DNA of 64,000 nucleotides from Clytia hemisphaerica (GCF_902728285.1 NW_027104315.1:162032-226031), one strand, 5' to 3'; positions 24,259 to 38,215 are shown, counted from the stretch's first letter. Notes: generated by a model from the sequence alone, not told the origin. Numbers and translations: made by a program.

Positions 24259-24459
24259 GTATGATGCGAAGACTTCAGATCAATTTGAGAAAGTACAGAC
24301 GAGACATGGGTGAAACCAAATTAGCAAAAAGGTTTAAAGGGAGCGCTTCGAAATTAAAACAACAACATCATAAATTTATGATCGAAAGTGCTAAAAAATA
24401 TCCAGACAAATTATTTCTGATTATCGTTGATGCTGTCAATCAGTTCAATACTGGATTAG
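24259..24459 (+). CDS. NWD1-like gene exon 8: NACHT Walker B region (KLFLIIVDAVNQF)
   Basis: ORF 24204..24476; hhhhD Walker-B-like motif; acceptor ccttatag|; donor tag|gtaatg. Confidence 0.7.
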
Positions 24460-24711
24460 GTAATGTTATACCATAGTCCGTATAAAAAAAACTCTGGTCT
24501 GGAAACTTACAGTAATGTTTTAACCATAGTCATATGAAGGAAACGAGTTTAGAGTGGGAAATTAAATAATAAAGTGGCACACGCCTGACCGCGTGACTAC
24601 GGTCAAAAAGGTATATTAGAAAATGCTTCAATCAGCTTATTAAAACGACTTATCTAAGACGGGTTATTATTTAGCATTTTAGGCCCTGTTATCTTTTTTG
24701 TTAACTTTCAG

Positions 24712-25299
24712 GTGCTTGGGATGTGTGGTGGCTTCCACCAAAAGAAGCTCCAAAAAATCTCAAATTCATGATCTCAACATTAAACCAAGAAAATGGGACA
24801 TTTCAGAACGCTTGTCATGTTTCACCAGATGCACAACGACTTCCCATCGAAAACATGAGCCATAGAGATTTGCAAGAAATGGTCCGAGCAACACTTGAAA
24901 GGTTTAATAAGAAGCTCACCGAAAATGAGGATCCAAAAGTTGGGAATCAAATGAAGAAATTGTTGTCCAAAAGTCAAAGTCCATTGTACTTAATCGCTGC
25001 ATGTGAGGCATTGAGAAAGTTTGGAATTTTCGAGAAAGTTTCCCAGTATATTGAGAGTCTACCAAACACCATTACAGATCTGTTTAGCTTCCTTTTAGAC
25101 GAATGGTCTGAAAAGTATGGTAAATTATTTGTGGAGGACGTAGCAGGATTATTGTGTGCTTCAAAGGATGGATTGCTGGAAAACCAAATCAACGATCTTC
25201 TGCATTTTAAAGAACAAAGAGAAAAAGGCGATGGGGAGTTTCTGTACGATGCAAATTTTCCAAGAATCTACGATTCGATTGCCAAATTCTTAGCTGCTG
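24712..25299 (+). CDS. NWD1-like gene exon 9: NACHT domain continued (WDVWWLPPKEAPKNLKFMISTLNQEN ... FLAAG)
   Basis: ORF 24723..25337 (204 aa open); acceptor aactttcag|; donor g|gtaggt. Confidence 0.7.
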
Positions 25300-25611
25300 G
25301 TAGGTCTTTTTTTCGTTCATCACTAGCAGTATACTAGCAAATATACCTGCTCCAATGACAATGACTTCCTCATCATGGTTTAATAACAACTATAACTATA
25401 TTTTCATTATCTATTGGAAAAGGCATTTATCAAGAAAAATTTGCTATCGTGATCGGAACGGCCGCCGGCCTCTTTCGATAGTTGTCTACTCGAAGGTTAG
25501 GGTGGTAGGGCACACCCTTTCTCCCTCGGTTGGTCCACATACCCTTAATTCACATCTTTAATTTCTAAGCATTGAGCAGATAAAGCATCATGTACACAAT
25601 TACGTGCTTCA

Positions 25612-26881
25612 GGGCTCTGACCATAGTGAATTTTTAATATTTACCATTTACAAAATATAAAGTTCTACTTGATGTAGCCCACAAAACTGTGGCATGTTAT
25701 ACATTTTCTGCTAACCCAATTATCCGTGAGTCTGAAAATTTAAGAATCGCAATGAGAAAATTTGATGAAGAAGAAAATGAAGACTTTTATGAAGAAGAGT
25801 AGTTCAAATTTGGAAGAGCTTAGTTTCAGCAAAGAAAAAATATTTTGAAAATTTTTTTGCGGTAGATGGTGTATCTTTTATCGAACTAAAACTTTTTTTT
25901 CTGGCAAATTTTTCTAAATCTTGAAAAGAGTGCTTTTTGATCAATTTTCCATCCCAATTTTTCATAGAAAAACAGCCATAACTTTTGATGCATTAATTTA
26001 GAAAATTTTTCCGAAAAATTTAAAACAGTTCAATTTTTTGCGGACAGTTTGTAAAAACTTCGAAACAAAAACGTTAATTACCCATTAAAACTTAGCACTT
26101 TTTATAAGAGAAAGTGATGCAAACATATCATTAACGTCTTTTTAAAGTTCATAACATCATTTTTGCAATTAAATTCTTAATTACTCTTAACCCTATTCGT
26201 ACTAGGGGGGGGGCTCTTTCTGTTCGGAAGTCAAACTATTGGTAATAGCTCCTGAAATAATAGAGCTTTTGCCGTGAAATTTTCTGTAAATTCCTAACTT
26301 TTATTTTGCTTCAAAATAAAAAAAAATTTGACACCCAAATATTTTCACACCTTGAGCATGATGACATTTCTGACAGTAAGGTGTCACAAAAATTGACACT
26401 TTTCCAATACAAATTTATTTTTAATGTCAAATATATCGTTTAAACCGTAATTTATTGAATATTTAGGATAAAATAAGCATTTTTAACTCAGGCAACTTTT
26501 TTCTAAAGCCTTTGTTAGAATACAATAGCTATTTATAAGAACAATGGAAAATTTCGGTTTTTGCTCACTTTGAGCATGATGAGTGACGTCATCAACAAAA
26601 TTTTTTGTCAAAAGTTACCTTACGTGACAAGGATCTTGTGTGCCAAATTTCATCCAAAAAGACCCACTAGATCAAAAGTTAAGGGGTGGTACAGGAAAAG
26701 CCCCCCCCCCCCCCTAGTTCTGAACCGCCCCTAAAAGCCTAGTATGAATAGGGTTAAGGGATTTGCTTAAAAAGCAATTTATAAAGGCAATTCTTTGTTG
26801 AAAGTATTAAAGAACCTAAAACATAACTAAAATACATAAATACTGAAATCAATTTTCCGACTATGGTCAGAACCCTTAAAT
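25612..26881 (-). mobile_element. Second, non-autonomous copy of the same TIR-bounded (PLE-associated) element, opposite orientation, with a nested MITE (26186-26760)
   Basis: Termini cagggctctgaccatagtg and actatggtcagaaccctt; left 500 bp is the reverse complement of 22080-22700. Confidence 0.5.
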
Positions 26882-27469
26882 TATGAGAATTTTCAGAATC
26901 ACATTTAATTTTATCGGAAATACTCCACTCTCCCTTACTACAATGATGGATGAAGATTCAAGCGAAAAACGGACCGGTAGAGCCTTCCTTCAGCATTGTA
27001 GTAAGGGGGAAGACTGGTTCAAGCTGTGGTAAAAATCAAAAATTCGCATTATATTATGCACAAAATTGTACCTTTTTGGGTAATCTTTGGTATACCAGGC
27101 GAGGGATTAAACCCCCATTAAACCCTAAATCTCATGCACCGTAGTCGAATGCACTACCTCTGCACTTCGGTCATTCAAACTTTCGAATTCAACGAATACA
27201 CATTTCTTAACGAGTTGCACAAGACTCGAACTTTAAAACGGCCCAAAAATAAAAGCAACTTAGCTTAGAAGCCCTAAATCTGGAAAAAAGAAAATAAGAA
27301 AATCTCAAATGTGGTTACTGCATTATTTGTTATTTGTTAGAAAGGGTTTTAGAGGTACCGTCAGTAAAATTTTGAAAGTCCTTAGCGACTTCAGACTTGA
27401 ACTTAAAATGTATCAACAAATAAATATGAAAAAAACTGGTCGCATAAAATAGAAACTATGTCTTTTTAG

Positions 27470-28302
27470 GTGGTGGTGGCTATCTTCGATTCTTCCACGA
27501 CCAGCTCAAATATGCCGTGCGCCGAAAATTTATGACAGAATCATTCGAACAAGAAACACACGCGTGGATGAGAGATTTTTTTGAAGACATTATCACCAAG
27601 CAATGCTGTGAAACACCTCAAGAGGAACCACCAGCATATTTCGAACATGCCCTAGAACAACTGGTCTACCATCAACTCAAAGCTCGCCAGAATCAAGATT
27701 CACCTCTTGAAAGCTTGAAAATGAGTTTGAGGAATATTTACTTTGTTAAAGAACGCATTGTTGCCAAGCAACATCAAAGCCTTAGTGACGAATACACTCT
27801 CGCCTTGGACACACTCACAAATGCAGATGACATAGATGCTCTCAAGCAATGGGCCTCGTTTGTTCAGCTCTATACACCGTACATTCGGGAATTCCCGAAT
27901 TTCTGCCTCAACATGGCTGTATCACAAGCCCCAGTCTCAAATGTTACCAAAGATACCTTGGCTTTAGGGACGGAGCCCTCAGTCAAAGGGGAAGCGTACC
28001 CGTTATATTGGGCCAATATACCTGAGGAATGTGACCCAATGTTGGTTAAATATGATCATGGTGGAAGGGACATTGCTGCTTCAGATACACAAGGAGATAT
28101 AGTGGCTATTGCAGCTGGAAGTAAGGTTAAAATCCTGGATCAAAGTAGCGGTGAATTAATTCACATATTGAATGTCCCTGGCATGGCTGTTTGGGTTTCA
28201 GTTGATGGTAAAAGCTTACTCGTGGGTGATATGAAGGGGAAATTATCGTGGTGGGATGTTTCCACAGCCACTATGGAAGATTCAATTGAAATCTTCGATG
28301 AG
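27470..28302 (+). CDS. NWD1-like gene exon 10: NACHT-associated helical region and first WD40 blades (…GGGYLRFFHDQL… GGRDIAASDTQGDIVAIAAGSKVKILD… LSWWDVST…)
   Basis: ORF 27517..28320 (267 aa); acceptor tctttttag|; donor gag|gtacac. Confidence 0.7.
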
Positions 28303-28667
28303 GTACACATTTTTTTATAAGCAATCAGTTTGCAGAGGCTCGAGTCCTTCTTCGTATCAATATTATTTAGCTTTTGATTGTTTAAAAATCATTTTTGTAG
28401 CACTTTTCTATTAAAATAGGCGAAAATTCTTCTTCCTTTTCCTTCACTTTCTGAGACGAATTTTGAAAAACTAATTAGTGGAAAATATAAGCGCGTTTGA
28501 ATATCGAGGCCCGGTGAAAGCAGGGAGACTGCAGTCTCCCCATTTTAGAGCAAATGAGGTTTTTTCTTAAACTCCTAGTAAATTTTATCTCATTTTGAGC
28601 CTTCAGCTTACGGTTGCTCCAACAGGTCTGATATTTCAAATCTCGATTATGTGTGACTCCAGGTGAC

Positions 28668-29037
28668 TCACATACTTTAATCGTAGAAATTTTAGCGAGA
28701 CTAATTTTAGCGTATATTAGCGAGTTGGGAAAATCTTGATTTTTTTTGGATTTATTTTAGCGAATCACGATTTCAAAAAATTTCGCGTGGATAAACTTTA
28801 GCAAATACTCGTATTATATTATTGATTGAATTCGTTTTCTAGCATTTCTTTGCACTGAAACCCTATTCCTATTGATAAAAATGTATCAAGGCAATATATC
28901 CAGAAATTTAGCGCAGATAAAGTTTAGCAATCTGTCGATTCGGCGTGTTTTAGCGAGATTTATTTTAGCGAAAATAGGGAAGACTCGCTAAAACGCTAAA
29001 ATTAGTCTCGCTAAAATTTCTACGATTAAAGTATACA
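28668..29037. mobile_element. MITE with long TIRs (…ACTTTAATCGTAGAAATTTTAGCGAGACTAATTTTAGCG…)
   Basis: 28668-28720 and 28985-29037 are inverted complements. Confidence 0.55.
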
Positions 29038-29171
29038 AACTGTTTGTTGTCTTTTGAAAGATTTTTATATCAGAGCTAAAGATCAGTAAATGACCATTTT
29101 CGGGATGATTTATTTGTAGTAAATCGCAATTTCCATAAGATTCACATTTTCTTTTGGTTAAATTATTTAAG

Positions 29172-29424
29172 GATACGGCGATAGTATGGTTGGAGTGTAC
29201 TGAAAACAAAATCTTGATAGGATCAGGTAGCTCAGACTTTGCACTTTCTCTTTGGGAAGATAATAAGCATCGCTCATGGATTGCAGTCCTGGATAAGAAA
29301 TCACTTGAAACTGTCAAGAAATGGTGTACAGAAAAGACTGGGTTTGACTATTGTTATAATGAACGCTTGGAAATGATTTTCTCAGCTCATTTGGGTGGTG
29401 AAATTATTGGATGGGATCTCCAAG
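29172..29424 (+). CDS. NWD1-like gene exon 11: WD40 repeat (…ILIGSGSSDFALSLWED… EIIGWDLQ)
   Basis: ORF 29154..29576; acceptor atttaag|; donor caag|gtactg. Confidence 0.6.
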
Positions 29425-30479
29425 GTACTGTATATCATTTCTTGGTATTTCTAATAGCAAACTTTTCCATAATTCTGGTCCACAAAATATTATTGAGCAT
29501 ATTAGTAGGGGGCCAATCCTTAGGATCCGTGGCATCTTTTATGCGACGCAACCACACGTGGTTAGCTCGAAAGTAGGAAGGTTTTCAAGACTTTTTTGAG
29601 AGGAGGCCCTTTTTCCCGTTTTTGGCCCATAAAAACTTTTGCCGAGCCTAATTATGCGGTTGCGTCGCATAAAAGATGTCACGGATCCAAAGGATTGGCC
29701 CCCTACTATATATACAGAATATTTTTATATTTTGCTGCAAAAAATAAAACATATGCGGTTATCATCAACCAGGGTTTGACATCAACATGATGTTGAACAC
29801 GTGATTCTGAAGACAAAATGTAACTAAAACAGAGAAATTCGTTAGACAGCTGCCGGATTGGAGATATGCTTAGCCTTTGGAATAAAATAAGCCGAAAAGA
29901 GGCTTGAACAGGCTACAACGTTGATTTCAGGGGCTAGATCCGAAACTTTAGGATGAGAAATGAAGCCACTTTTTTCCCATCCTGAACACGCGATCCGTGT
30001 GTTTATAATACAAAATTTCTCAATGCGAGGCAAAGTTAAGGTTTCACTTTTTCTAGCTTGAGAAAGGTTAAAGGTTCGTCTTTAGCCCCTTTGGGGGTTC
30101 AAACTCAATGTGCTACAATGTGCACAATGGACAATAGAAAAAATAATTTTTTTAGGGGCGTTCCAGGCTTTCGGTGACAAGATATCGGCATTTTTCTTGC
30201 TTCCAATGATATATTTAGTATTTTTGAGAAAAAATAAACGGTATTCCGTAATTTGAAATGCTGCCGGCGACGCTAGATTGCCTAAAACGCTTCGGTGTTT
30301 CGGTGTTTACCTATGAAATTTCGGAATTTCGATAACTTAAAATCGCCAACAGACATTTCATATCAGCAACTACGCTGTTGTCTTCTTTATTATCCTTTTT
30401 CCCCATAAAGAGCTATCTATGCACAGGGTTATGTCAATATCATTATGAGGTTTATGAACTTTAACAAATTAAATTTCAG

Positions 30480-30571
30480 GTAATCAGCTTTGTTCAGCTA
30501 CAGCCGGTGATGGCGTTGTCTATTGCGTTTCATGCCACCCAACTGAAAATAAGATCATCTCCGGATCTAAT
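30480..30571 (+). CDS. NWD1-like gene exon 12: short WD40 exon (GNQLCSATAGDGVVYCVSCHPTENKIISGSN)
   Basis: Acceptor aaatttcag|; donor aat|gtaagt; phase continuity; WD-like xxSGSxD pattern. Confidence 0.5.
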
Positions 30572-31814
30572 GTAAGTTTGAGAAATTATATTATTCTAAA
30601 GTCTGTCTCGAAAGAAATAAGACGACTTAAGGTCGAAAATTTCGTCTAATATTACAACCACTACCCGGTTGGACCCTGGTTGGCCACTGGAAAAATTGAC
30701 CAAAATATCGTCCCCAATGGAAAATTTTAATCTCATTTAGGTCCCTGTTCAAAATAATCAAATACACGAATCCTCATTTCAAGCTTCAAAATAATGTACT
30801 GTTTTTTCTATCACCACTGAATTTTCCGACTTGAAAAGAGTGGAAATTCAAGTGGAATAGTAGAATATCAATCGCTATCGAGTTTCAGTCAATTTTTACC
30901 AACACTGGCTGGAAAAATCCTGCCGAGTCTGTGAGAGGATAGTGTAATATCTAAATATACCCAGCTGGCGCACAACGTTGTTCCAACGTTCATCTAACGT
31001 TATAAGGACGTTGTGAACGTTAAATAACTGTTAAAACAACGTTGTACGGTGGCCCATATATGCAAAGATATTAAACTAGTCATAGCTTTCACTAAATGCC
31101 CCCACAGAAAGGTCATCTCATGCACTTATAAAGCTTTTAATGCTTTAAAAATTAAAGCATAAAAAATAATCAGGAATAATTGATTGATTTAATTATTTAT
31201 TGATTCATTGAAAAAAAAATTATATTCCATTAACAAAATACTTGAAGAATTCATGCAGCTTGACAATTAAATAAAATTCAAAGAAAAGCTGGAAAAGCTT
31301 CTCAAAAACATATTTCGAAAATCATGGTATCATTATCTTACTGACTTTCACATCTCCTTGTTTGTTTGTTTTTTCTTACAACAATATATGTCATGATCAT
31401 TCACTAAATAGACCTTTTCCGATAATGCTGCAGACATCTTAGATTGCTCTTGCTTACGCTGTGATTGCAGGCAAAAGAAAAATAAAGGAATGTCATTGTG
31501 GTCCATTCAGACGTACCAGTCAAAAAGTTGAAATTTGCCTAATTTTTTTTCAAGTGCATAGTACTTTTTCATGATGCGATCTTTTCTCCAAGCTGAAAGG
31601 ATTGAAGCCATTAAGATATGATTGCAGTACAGACAATGAAGAGACGGGCCTTCAGGAAACTAGACTTTTTGAGCTTTTAGCTATATACTCTCACTTTATG
31701 GTGTTCCTGTATGACTGTCTGTGTGCCTAGTCTAACCACCGTTAAATGCCTTAACTTGGAAAGTTAGAATTGGAGCTATTTCACCAAACCCTAGAGCGTA
31801 AGTTATTTAGGCTA

Positions 31815-31985
31815 TGGGGCCATCCATATAGTACGTACGCAGTGAAGGGGGGAGAGGGGGGTTTAGCAAAAGCGTACATCTATTGTTTAAATGACATCAT
31901 TTCTATTGTTCTCTGCGTACAAGGGGGGTGGGGGTATCAAATTTTTGGAAAATCTTTGCGTACGTACTATATGGACGGCCCCTAT
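31815..31985. mobile_element. MITE (TIR GGGGCCATCCATATAGTACGTACGCA)
   Basis: Inverted termini at 31815-31845 and 31955-31985. Confidence 0.5.
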
Positions 31986-33049
31986 CACAACTGCATGAAA
32001 AAGTGGAACGTGCGCATGCAAAGTTAAACGAATGTAAACAAACTTTTTTCAGGTTTTTAAAATAGATTTACCACACTGAACAAACAGTGAAAACACTCTA
32101 AGTGAGGTAAATCTACTTTGAAGACCAAAAAAAAAAAATCATTGATTGACATTCAACACATTCAACCACTTTTGGATTCAACTTTACTTATGTGTACATT
32201 CAACTTTTTTGTACTTTGCTGGTATCTTGCTTTACCAAGTTAAGAAGGACTTTCTCGAGTTACGACCATATGATGGTCTTTAAAGCTCAAGAAGCTCTAT
32301 AAACAATAAAGCTAGTTATTAATATAATAACAGAGAAAGATAAATTACAGTTTGAACAAAAATATCAAATGTACATTTGAAAACTTGAGCAAACTTCTTT
32401 AAAGATTCCAGAAAAAGAATTGAAATCATTGCTGAAATGAACTTCTGACTAAATTACAGTATTTAGTATTCAGTTTCAAAGACAAGAAACAAAATTTGAC
32501 ATACAAAACACTTTTTCCAGTCAATGAATCAGCTCATCATCATAACCAGTCTGCCATTTTGTTTGTTTTGATGATTTGCACGCAAGTAATATTGTAATTC
32601 GTGTTATATCATACACTGTTATAATTTGCATTTATAACACTCGCTTCAGCTTTTCAAAGCTAAATCAAAACTAATAGATTGTAATATGTAATAATGGTAA
32701 TAGCATATAACGTAATATGAAAATATGCAAAACCGAACATTTACGGAAGAGACTAACTACGGGGATGCTTGCGCGACAAAACACAAAAAAACAACAAAAT
32801 TTCGAGATTCCAGTCCAATATCTATGCGTGAAACTATGAGTGCCTCCTCGTCGCTACGCTCCTGCGGGGGCAAATATACAAACACAAAAGAAAATTGCAA
32901 ACACTAACAACAACTAAAATGCAAACAATAATAACTTAAAAAATGACTGGGTGAATTTCACGACATGAAACTTTCTGGAGATGCCAAGCACATCAAAGGG
33001 GTGAAGCATGCCAAATTTCATCACTCCACCGTCACCGGTCGCCGGACTA

Positions 33050-33560
33050 CTGGCCGCGAAAGGTGCGCTGCAGGACGTCCCCGTAAGGACGATCGCCGGG
33101 CTGTAGGGCGTTTTAGCCAGTCAAACTGGTGTGAGCTATCTTTACCAAGCGGAAAACAAGCCTGCAAAATATCTAAGACGTAGCACCAAAATTGAAGACA
33201 CAGCGCCCGATTAGATTTCGCCTTAAGTCGGTCTGGACTTTTTTCAGAATTGGTACAGCGCAAGAGGTTCCTGTATGGACGATTGCCGAGCCGCACGGCG
33301 TTCATTGGCGTTCAAATTCACCATGGTGAATTTCTACCAACCGGAGAACAAGCTTGTACGAGATCTAAGACAGAGCATTGAAATTGCGGACTCAGCGCCC
33401 GGTCAAAAAATTGCCTAAATCCTGTTTTCCACGTTCCCGTAAGGACGGGCCATACGGCATTTTCAGCCGGTCAAATCGTCTTCTAAATTACGTTTGTCGC
33501 CTAATTTTTTGGTCATGCACCTCGAAAGCAATGAAAACGCTAGATCCTTTCCACAAGCAC
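33050..33560. repeat. GC-rich tandem repeat/satellite, about 2.7 units of about 190 bp (CCCGTAAGGACG…GCGCCCG… motifs) in an NWD intron
   Basis: Units beginning near 33075, 33265 and 33440 share cccgtaaggacg…cggc…ttttagccagtcaaa…ccaa(gc)cggagaacaagc…atctaagac…cagcgcccg. Confidence 0.5.
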
Positions 33561-33887
33561 GAAATATAAATCTAAGCCAGGGGAACGGTAAGAAATTTTG
33601 ATAAACGAAGGGGTGCGAGTATGGTCAAAAGTCGGTCAAATTTCGAAATGTTTTAAATTGACCTCGGGAAATTTATCCCGAATTTCCCTTATAACCAAGA
33701 AATTACTAGTACTAATATGTTTGCATATATGGGCCCCGTAACGTTGTGTGCCAGATGTGTTGGATGGGGAAAACAAGGAGAGAAGATGGAAACCAATAAT
33801 TTGAAATATGCTTTAGATCGAGCCTTGATAGGAAAAGAACAACCCTGTATCCCCCCTGAAATCAAATATTTTAAAAACTTTTTCTAG

Positions 33888-34053
33888 ATGATCCGAGAAT
33901 GGAAAGTTGATAAGTCATCTATGGAAGTTTGCAACGAAATAAAAGATACTGGTGTCAGCAAGAATTTCACAGATGTTTCTTCTGTTTGTTATGATCACAA
34001 TGGTAAAAGAATCTGTTCAACGGAATATGAAATTTTGAGAATTTACAGTCTTG
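33888..34053 (+). CDS. NWD1-like gene exon 13: WD40 (IREWKVDKSSMEVCNEIKDTGVSKNFTDVSSVCYDHNGKRICSTEYEILRIYSL)
   Basis: ORF 33888..34115; acceptor tttttctag|; donor ttg|gtaagtt. Confidence 0.55.
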
Positions 34054-34249
34054 GTAAGTTCTTCGTTTTTTTTCTTCACAATCCAGGTTTAATTGATATG
34101 GAAGTGAATCGTTAACTTAAGTTCTAGTATCTCTCACTATGGGGCGAGAGGTAATTTAGGTTTTTTGCTTTCGACCCTTGGGCGTTTCTGGACCAAAATG
34201 TAGGAAAAATTGGTAAAACGGATTTTTAAAGGCACCCTTGAGGGAGGCA

Positions 34250-34668
34250 CATACTTTAGGCTTACAAACTTTCGCGAGCAGAAACTTTCCCGAGGACGAA
34301 AAATCGCGAAATTCACGACATTTACTTTCGCGAATTTAACGGAAAAATATTTTTCGCGAGCATAAACTTTCGCGAATCAAGACGTAAAATTGAGAATTTT
34401 CACATAAAAAAATGGCTTAGAGGGACAAATACTTCTTGAATTGGCTTGAAACATTTGTGCTTTGAGCAGGCTAAAAAGTGGCATAAAAGTTACATTTTAT
34501 TCAAAGTTTAAAGTTTTACACATTTTCTATTTTGTCAAAAATTTTTCGCGAGCATAAACTTTCGCGAATGGCCCTTCCTAGAATTTTTAAAGACATTAAC
34601 TTTCGCGAAAAGGGCCAAAATTCGCGAAAATCGCGAAAGTTTCTGCTCGCGAAAGTTTGTACCCTTAC
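34250..34668. mobile_element. MITE (TIR …ACAAACTTTCGCGAGCAGAAACTTTC) with TTCGCGA subrepeats
   Basis: 34257-34300 versus 34625-34668 inverted. Confidence 0.5.
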
Positions 34669-37600
34669 CTATCATTACCTATTCTTAGTACCCCTCCCCA
34701 GGCTCACAGTCTTCAATAAAGGGAAAGTAAAAATAGTCTGTAATCTAAGGTTTTATCAAATCTTAACAAAAATTCAATTATTTTCGGTTGTTATGGTAAC
34801 TGTAGTCTGATTCGCAGACCTATACTTCCTATAGGTCTGCTTAATAGTGTATGAATTGGTTTCCCGCTACGGTGGCTCTTATGGTGGCCGACTCGTGCTA
34901 TTTGGCGAGTTGCTAAGTTTTATGGGAACTCGAAAGTATGCGAGTTTGCCACAGGCACGCCTTTTCGAATGTTTCTTTTATTTTCGAATGATTTTTTTCT
35001 ATTTTCGAATGTTTTTTTATTTTCGAAGTTTTTGATATTAGAGCTTTGAGTCAACGAATTTGAATTTCTCAAAAACTTTGAAAGAAAATTTCACCATAAC
35101 TATTTGTTTCTAAAGATCCTCTTCAGGTTAGTTAAATGAGACATATTGGGTTTTATCAATAAAACTGATTCCAACATTCTTCCCGTCCCTGTCAAACTTT
35201 AACAAAACAAAGTATAACAGAATCTGCTGCTGCACTTTTTCAAAAAGTTTAAGTAGACACAAAGTAAAAGGGAAGAAGGCTCTCTGGAAAGAGATAAAGC
35301 CACAAAATAATATTACTATTGGATACTTATAACAACAATCTTTCCCTATCATAAGCTTCTAAAATAACCACATACCTGTCAAGAACTGTTATTACTGTAT
35401 CTTTTCTACATTCGTTCAAAACGAACAAAATGTCCACCGAAACAAGTCAAAATTCCACATTATAAGCTTGATAACAAATGTTCTAGACGGTAATTTTTTT
35501 CTTGGTACACATATTTTATACTCTAAAACTTGTAATTGTATTAACAAAACTTCTTTCGCCTTAAACAAACTACCCCAAATCAAAAAAAATTACTGGAGTT
35601 CGACGAAAACCACTTCCCGCTTCGACAGCCATCTTGAATTTGAACAGCGAAAGCTATGCCACTTCGTAACAGGTAGAGTACCTTTGCAAATTAATCATCA
35701 TAAGCACTCGCCAGCAAAAATAGCCCTCTCGCCGAATTTCGGCGAGAAGCGGCATTTTGTGGGAAAAAGGGTTTACTTTTTTTGCTAGAGGATGAGCAGA
35801 AGCCTATTAGCCTCCGTCTCAGAACACGGTCAGAAAATTTTGCGGATAATTTCACAGCGAAAATGCATCCAGTGAAATGTGAGTAATGTATCATAGTTCA
35901 AGTCGACTGACATAATTATACACATAATACATGTTACAAGTTCTGCATACGGATTCTCAAGCTCGGCTATAATAAAACTATTACATGTTAGTAGCAGACC
36001 CGACTGACCAATGTTATGTAGCAGGTTGAAACATGAGTTTCTACTGGAAAGATGCAGTTTGTTTTCAAGTTAAATCTTCAAAATAAAACAAACTGTGTGG
36101 GTTTCTTTACTTCTAAACAACATACCAATAGTTTTGGAACACTCCATAATAAAGGAAGATGGCTCTTCTTGTGGATTGGCTTTCTGATATAAACACGATG
36201 TGACATGAAAGTGAAGAGACATGATTTGTTGGTTTTTGTTTGATTTGTTGACTCATATATATCTCATGGCAAATGGGATAGCAAATGACTTTTCATGTAT
36301 TGCTTGGCTCTACATATGATACCTCTAACTTTGAACACCTCCAGAATGTTGAAAAAAGCATTTTACGAGATAAGTTTCAATCATAATTTTAATGGAAATT
36401 TTTAATCGACAGATTTGGCTTGGCCTCAGTTTTGTTTTGGTTAATGTTTGGTATCGTGATCATTAAAAGCAATGAAATGCCACACAGTCACTCTACACAT
36501 GATGCCTCCAGCCATGATTGGTATCAGAATGTTGGAAAAAAACATTTTACGAGAAATTGTTGATAGAAATTATATTGACTTATTTTTACAATTTTGGCGG
36601 TGTGGGTTTAGTTGGTTGATAATGTTTACACTGTGGGATGGTTTTCAAAAAACTGTTATATTGATTGTTGTTTGTTGGAATTGATTACCAAAAAAAAAGA
36701 GAACCTTTTTTTGATAAATACTTTATTTTTTTCATGAATCGAAAAAACCGTGTGGATAGTATGTCTTGTAGTAACCAATGCAGTGTCTGTTTTCAAATTT
36801 TGAAAGCTCTATACCTACTGAATTGAAGCTCTGACTAGCTCGGAGCCATGTTTTTTTTCTTTGTTACTATTAAAGATAGATTTTTAAATTGTCGTAATGT
36901 AAATTTATGGTAAAGTTTTAGTTTTTGAGTTTAGTTCATCAGTAGTACATACAGTAGTATTTTTTCAGTAATCCTTTCTTGTAAATATATATTCGAATTT
37001 GTATTTTTTTAGGACTGATAAGTACATATTTTTAAACACCAAAACAAAGCAAACAACATGCCAGTTCTTTCTGGACAAATATATATGTATACTTTATTTT
37101 GTGCTTTGAGTTCTATTTTAATCAACCCTCTCAACTGCTGATCTTCCAACTATCATTTAGGAGTATAGAATGGGCTTCCATAGTACCATATTCTCTAAGT
37201 ATTTTGTGCAAATTTTCAACAAAGAAGTAGACTTCTTGACTGTCCTTGTCCCTTATGTTAAAGTTGTTCTGATGGAGGACATTGCTATTTTTGGTAGCCT
37301 TCACATATCAATAAGGAGCTTTGGTGTAAATGTTTTTTCTGATGAAATCATACTAATCTGAAACTATTAGGCCTTTATGAACTTTCTAGAACAATAATCT
37401 TGCTCCAATCTTGAGAAACACTGGAAAAATAGGTTAGCATTCCCTGCCATAATTTCACAGGTTTCCTCTGCTTTCTGCTTGAAAACGCTGTCGTATAGCC
37501 GAAAACGAAAGTGAAACTGTGAAAACGTCCGCAAATTCGGGCCCAGTCCTCTTCCGAGACGGAGGCTAAAATAAATACGTAAAGTAGGTATACCCAGCTG

Positions 37601-38019
37601 GCACACAACGTTGTTTCAGCATTTATTTAACGTTCACAACGTCCATATAACGCTAGGCTAGAGGGTTATTTTAAAAAGCATGGTACCCCAATTGGGGTAC
37701 TCATTGGGGTACCCATTTAATTTACTGACCAGAATTAAATCGTGTGAAAAAGAACAAGAGCCGCAAAGATGCGGATAAATATTTCCTTTACAAATGATAA
37801 AATAATTATTGATGTCCTCAAAAGATTTCAAAGTGCTTTATCTCAGATAACATCAAGCAACACAAGTCCCCAAGAATTTCAAAGTTCGTTTATGTAATTG
37901 CTAGTATTTGCAGGATTATTCCTAAGATGACGAAGGTTCAAACCTACGGATTACGGAGTATATCCAAGCTGAACTCGACTGAGAATATAACAATGCAGTA
38001 ACCAAATTGGCTAGACAAC

Positions 38020-38215
38020 CTTTAATTTTTGTTACTCTCGGGTACCTAATAGCCGCCCCCCTCCCCCGCTAATTTATTTTTCGAAGATTTTCCACCCAGA
38101 ACATTCTTATTCCAACCCCCCCCCCCGCTTATTAATTTTGAGATTTTTTCCAACCCCCCCTTATTCCAATCCCCCCGGCTATTAGGTAACCGAGAATAGG
38201 AAGACTTTAGTTGGA
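38020..38215. mobile_element. Small MITE with poly-C internal runs (TIR CTATTCTCGGTTACCTAATAGCCG)
   Basis: 38024-38047 versus 38185-38210 inverted. Confidence 0.45.
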
